A stretch of 64,000 nucleotides of DNA from the human T2T-CHM13v2.0 reference genome, Homo sapiens: the NCBI RefSeq assembly GCF_009914755.1, contig NC_060930.1. The stretch is one strand, 5' to 3'. The position numbers and the translations under genes were made by a program. Under the pieces are notes generated by a model. The model ran no database searches, was not told the DNA's origin, and saw nothing but the letters and a program-made list of their open reading frames with translations. How positions within the stretch are numbered: the first letter of the stretch is position 1; the number at the start of each line of letters is the position of its first letter. This document shows, piece by piece, positions 56,807-64,000 of the stretch.

Positions 56807-56912
56807 TCAAGAAATAAAATTAAGCATCAACAGAAATATGTTATATTGGGAAATTTTTTTCTAAATAACAAAATTTAAATATAAAGTTTCTTCCTTTATC
56901 AACTAAATATTA

Positions 56913-57289
<377 letters not shown>

Positions 57290-57688
57290 CTAGCTCAAAA
57301 AATAAGAGTAAAATATGTTAGCAGTGTATCAGTCATCTAATTATCAGATTTACTAGCTTGCTAAATGCCTTTTCTACAAATAATCATTCTTAGATCTTTA
57401 TTTACAATAAGGAGTTACTGGATAATGTTTGAACATTTCAATAACTATTTACAAAAAGACAGAACTTAGCTGAAATAGTTTGACTACCTAGAGAAATGTA
57501 TTTTTTTAAATTCCTACATTTTCAACACAAAAGACTTGATAAATTTGGTTATGTCTCAGAACTTAATATCAGACATGTAATTGAATATATTTATTCTCAA
57601 TTTCTTTTAAATCCAAGCCTTATTACAATGAATTTTCACACCCAGAAAAATTACGTTGCGTGTTCCATTTAATTTTTCATGAAAATAA

Positions 57689-58065
<377 letters not shown>

Positions 58066-58319
58066 TAGAATACATGCAGAAATTGGAACGTAATTTGTTA
58101 TCCCTTCCCATTCTCCACCCTAAAAATTGAAGAATAAGATCTCTTGAATAGCAAAGAGAGTCTCTCCCTTTTGTTCATCTGCCAGGTAAGCAAACTGTGA
58201 GTTATCTACAATTTTTGATTAATCAGAAAGTACTGAGTACTTACTATGTACCAACACTGCATGTAATGTAAGAGCAGTAAAAACTCCAAGAACTTGCTAA
58301 AAACTGTTTAATAGAGTTA

Positions 58320-58794
<475 letters not shown>

Positions 58795-60499
58795 GTAAGG
58801 TAAGATCTCTGCAAGATAGAACTTATGAATAGAAATAACTTAAAGTGGAAAAGCCCTTTCCCCATAACCTACCCCCACACTCCTAGAAGGTACTGGTGGA
58901 AATATGAGTAAGATTTTATGTATCGTGAGTTTAAAGATATAGTGGGGTGTAACTATTAGGGATTTAGGAGGAGATACTGGACAGTGATGCAGCTGAGACA
59001 CTGAAAATAAAAACATGAACAAAGGTAAAGTTGGAGACAGGATAAGGTTCAAGAGATGAAAGATACAGAGAATAAATACCAAGAACAAAGAAGTTTATGA
59101 TCACAAGTCATGACTGAGAATTTGCTTAGCAAATGATACAGACGGCAAGAAAAGTCAAAGGAGAAGCAAGGTGGTGCAATACCATCACAAAAGCTAAGAG
59201 TTTCAAGAGATAAATATGATGAATACCATCCAACACCACAAAAAGGTTATCTTCCAGGTGGCTTTTAGGACACCAATAAATTTCTTCATCTGAGCTAAAT
59301 TAAATAGGTTTGTTTTAAAAGATTCAAATATCACTTGTTATTAATTCTTAATAAAAACAATATGATCGATGAGAGATGAACTTCTGCCTTTTAATATTTG
59401 CTTTCAGTAAGAAAAGAATAAATGCTACCTTTTTAAAGTTAAATGTGTAATTTTGTCCATACTTGTAACAGTCTTCCACATTTTTTATAAAGCACTGGTG
59501 TTATATGCATTACTGTGCATATAAATTAAATATCTCATTTTCAGTTAACAAGCTGGAATATAAAGTACTTGAAATTCTAATGCTGACTATTTCTAAAACT
59601 TTGGTTTAAGAGGAGAGAAAAAACATTACACAGAAGCAATTATTTAAGTATGGGCTTTGAAGTCAGATAAACATGGTTTGAAATCCTCACTCTGTGACTT
59701 ACTAGACTTATCTTAAGGAAATTATTAATCCTCACAGAACTTTAGTTTTCTCATCTGTAAAACAGAGAAAAGAATATACCTACTTCAAGAGCTGTTAGGA
59801 TTAAATAATTCAAATAAAGAACATAATTATGATAATTATAATAATCATAATAATAAATTAGCAATCATTTATTAAGCACCTATAAGCCAGGTACTTTTTG
59901 AAGCACTTTACAATGCATTACCACATACAATCCTCACAACACTATGAGAAAAAGGAACTTTTGTCCCCATTTTACCAAAGAGAAAAATACATTAAAAGCA
60001 TTTATACTAATGCTCTAATACTCAATACCTAGAATGCTCAATAAATAGATACTGTTCTTATTATCATTCACAGCAATGTTAAAATTATTGTCAATAACTA
60101 TTTAAAAGAAAACTTACTGCCCATTATAAGATATTAAACTATATCATTTATCTATGAAATGTGAACCAAGAAATAAAAACAAATGGAACCTTTTCAAGTA
60201 ATTCAAGTGGAACATTAAAAGGTACAAACTGCTACCTTCAAAAGCTCAGATCAAACACACACACACACATACAAACACCTACACAGCCAAATGGTACATT
60301 TTTGTATGTAAACTTTCTAGAGTACCTGCATTTCCATAAATAATTCACAAAACAGGACTGATTATAGAGGCTCCTCTTAATAGCATTTGTACAGCAATAC
60401 AAAATGTTTCTCCCTTTAACTACTGGCCACCTGAAAACCACCAACAGAAGAAGAAGTCAATCCCTTAGCAGAGGTAGTTGTTCTTTTTAACTTTCTAGA

Positions 60500-61600
60500 G
60501 GAGGACAATCTCCAAGTTACAGAAAACTTCTAAGTACAGTAGAGTACAAAGTATTTTTTTTTCCTCTAATGTGAGAGCAACTTGCCAATATAATGTCCAG
60601 TCCCCTATAAACACTTAGGCATTTATTTCCTACAAACAAGGGAATTTTCCTCTATAACTAGATAACAACCATCAAAATCAGAAATTAACTCTGATAACAC
60701 TACTACATCAGATCCCATTTCAAGTCTTGCCAATTTTCTAATAATGTCTTCTTATTGCAAAATGATTCATGAACTGCCTTTAATTGTCCTGTCCTGTCTC
60801 CTTCACTCTGGTACATTTCTTCAATGTTTTCTTAATTTTCATAACCTTGATAGTTTTAAAGACTGCAGGTCTTTAAAACTGACTGCAGGTCAGTTAATTT
60901 TGTAGAATGTCCCTCAACTGTATTTAGTCTGATGATTCCTCCTGATTAGATTTAAGGTGTGTATCCTTGGCAAGAATACCACAGAAGTGATGCCATGATG
61001 TCCTCAGAGCATCCTATCAGCTGGCACACTGCTATGTCTGCTTTGATCACTGCTAAGCTTCTCTACTGTAAGGCACCCTTTTTCTCTTTGCAATTATTCT
61101 GCTGGGAGATAATCTGAGACTGTGTAATCATCCTACCCTTCATCAGACTTTCCATTTATTCATTAACTTTTTTCAGTACAGACTCATAGATTCCTGTTTA
61201 TGTTGCCATCATTATTTATTTTGATGCTCAAATTCTTCCAAATTTGGTAGTGGGAGTCCATTCAAGCTGTCTTCCGAGTCATGTTAACATAACCCCATCA
61301 GTCTTTGAACACTTCCTTACTTTCTTACACAATAAGATGTTGCAGGCTTATTTTATACTTTCCCTGATCTAGCCCTGGAATTAGCCATTTCTCCAAGGAG
61401 CCCTGGTTCATTGAGAATGGCACTGAGAGACCAAGAGCTGGGTGCCAGGTTTGCTACATGTATCTATGTAAATTTAAAACTAAATTCAAACTGGTAACTC
61501 CAATTCAACACAAGGTTCCTTCTAATTTCCTCCATTTTGTAACTCCTTTCTCCAACAACGAGAAGTTAGACTCTCATACTTGCTTATTTGATCAACCTGC
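60500..61600 (-). mobile_element. Old L1M (L1MC4-like) 3' region
   Basis: AGCCCTGGAATTAGCCATTTCTCCAAGGAGCCCTGGTTC and TTTTGTAGAATGTCCCTCAA motifs. Confidence 0.65.
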
Positions 61601-61965
61601 AACCCCACTCCCTTGGTATGTAACCAATCTCCAATCACTGACATGGCCCCTGCATCCCACTGAGGCTCCATCAGACAGCACTGATCAGCTGCAACCACCG
61701 CCAACATGGACATCCTCCTTATGCCACTCTAACCCACATGACTCACACTGGGACCCTCTTCTACACAGACACACTTCTTAATCACATCCAAACTCCAAAA
61801 CCCCACACTAGGCCACCACTACACATGTAGACACCCTCCTCACCCTAGTCAGGCAACAAACACCTCCCTCTCTGGGTCAACAAAGTGGATACCTAATACA
61901 GATGCTTTTTGACTAAATTGTCCAGGAAGGGAAAAAGGAATAGAAAGTAAAAAGCAGAGACAGTA

Positions 61966-62073
61966 TTAGGTTGGTGCAAAAGTAATTGCGGTTTTTGCTA
62001 TTTTAATTTGACAATTTTAATTTGGCAATTAAAAGTAACTGCCAAAAACCGCAATTACTTTTGCACCAACCTA
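61966..62073. mobile_element. MADE1 (Hsmar1 mariner-derived MITE), miR-548-like hairpin
   Basis: Perfect 31-bp inverted arms TAGGTTGGTGCAAAAGTAATTGCGGTTTTTG; TA flanks. Confidence 0.92.
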
Positions 62074-62165
62074 TATTAAAAACAGCAGACTATCTCTCAA
62101 AAACTAAAATCTTCTTTCACCTATTATCTCATTTGCCCCAGAACAGTATCATACAGTGTAGGTTA

Positions 62166-62482
<317 letters not shown>

Positions 62483-64000
62483 AAGAAATTGAACTTGAGA
62501 ACCAGACAGACTTTTAAATTCTGGTTCTCCCATTTAGTAGCAGAATGACTTAAACAAGTTACTTAACCACTTCAGCTTACAAAAAAAAGAGTAGCCATCT
62601 TATACAATGGTTAAGAAAATAAAATCATTCATGGAAGCAAATACATAGTACCTGACCTAAAATCAGTAAATGTAAGTCATTATTACTGCCTTCTCTTTCA
62701 CATTATCATTATTAAACAGATGTCAAAAGATCCCTCTATATAGTTATGTATAATTTTATAAAAATTAGTTCATAGCTTAACTTCTGAAAGGACAAGTGTC
62801 CCTAAAGACATTAAAAACCACTTATCATATTTATTATCTTACAACTACTAACCAAACCATTGCCTACAGTCTGTCCTACATATCTGGCAAATTATTTTCT
62901 AAAACTTTGCCAGAATTATGCCATTCTCCTAAAGCAAGGGTATCAGTGGCTCCTAACAGCCTAGCAAACAAAGAAAATTCTTCAATCTGGAAATCAAGGC
63001 TCATCATTGGATGACCTCAATCTACCTTTCCATAACTCTATCTTGCTCCTATCAACACAAAATTTCTGCTGCAATACTGCAGTTTTACATACTTTTCGGT
63101 CTACATGCTCCAGCCCACATGGTGGCTAGAAAGTTCTCCCTCTTTGTTTACTCCCATCAAAATGTTGCATATTTTTTCAAGCTTTCTCAAGGTAACTTAA
63201 AATCTGCCTCCTCTGAAATTTCCCCTGACTACAGATGCCAGAGCCAGCTCTTCCTCCCTTAAACTCCTAAAGATCCAGGTTATGTTGTAGTTACTATTTT
63301 ATACATATGTTTATTATCTCCCCAGCCAGACTGAATTAGAATCCTCTTAGAGAAAGGAAGTAAGTTTTCTATCTCCAAAACAACTACCATTTATTGAGCA
63401 TATATCACAGTCATTCCTGACAATTTATTCTGGACAATAGTTCTATGAGGCTGCTGTCATTATCTCCATTTTGTAGATGAAGAAACCAAGGGCTCAAGGA
63501 TATTAGGAAACGTGCCCAAAGTTCACATAGCTGGTAAGGAGCAAAACAAGCTTTCCTCCAGCTAGCTTCATGTAACATGAGATGTATGGAATGAACAGGT
63601 ACACATCTGGTAGGGGAAAGGTGGTCAGATCAAATAAGTTAGGAGGATTAACAAAGCTAAATCACTATTTTTACTGAAGGGCTTCTCAAAGCCTTTTAAC
63701 ATGCTGCCAATGTGATTTATAAATTTCCAAAGGGCATATGTTATGTAATTTCCCAAATGTATTTGGGGGCTAAAATCCTTTTCAAAAGGACAATCAGCCT
63801 TATAGAACTAAAGAGTTTCATTAAGCTCCTTTCAGGAAATGTGGCAATGTGTTCTGTTGTTTTTGTACAGACCTCTGTACATAGTAGGCACTCAGTACAT
63901 ATTTCTTGAAGAAAACTTACTCCTCATATTAAAGTAACATGCAATCATTCCTCTTACAACAGAATGTCTGAAGTGTAATAATTATTCCACTAAACAGTAT

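Overview
Human (or very closely related ape) genomic DNA. It contains the 3' part of the HECT E3 ubiquitin ligase gene HACE1 on the minus strand. I reconstructed 10 coding exons by hand (57289 down to the stop at 9935; exons 15-24 by my recollection of the 24-exon gene). All have GT/AG boundaries and consistent phases, and they encode the full HECT domain ending ...[39 protein letters not shown]. The 3'UTR is ~1.57 kb with AATAAA at 8382-8387, and positions 1-8360 are intergenic. The introns are dominated by transposon relics: three large L1s of different ages, all antisense to HACE1 (full-length L1PA2/3-like, full-length L1PA7/8A-like, and an older L1 missing its 3' half), a near-complete Tigger4/Zombi-type DNA transposon, ~25 Alus, a MADE1 hairpin, a tailless U6 retrocopy, and old MIR/L2/L1M fragments. 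Nearly all ORF-track entries are Alu/L1/microsatellite artefacts. I found no new protein-coding system. The most unusual item is a 200-bp diverged copy of the exon 22 3' end, splice donor and adjacent intron, pasted into an Alu 7.4 kb away. It lies just downstream of an L1 antisense promoter that points in the HACE1 sense direction. Several other templated-insertion repair scars and a poly-G-tailed Alu are also visible. Repeat subfamily names come from remembered consensus motifs and their boundaries are approximate.
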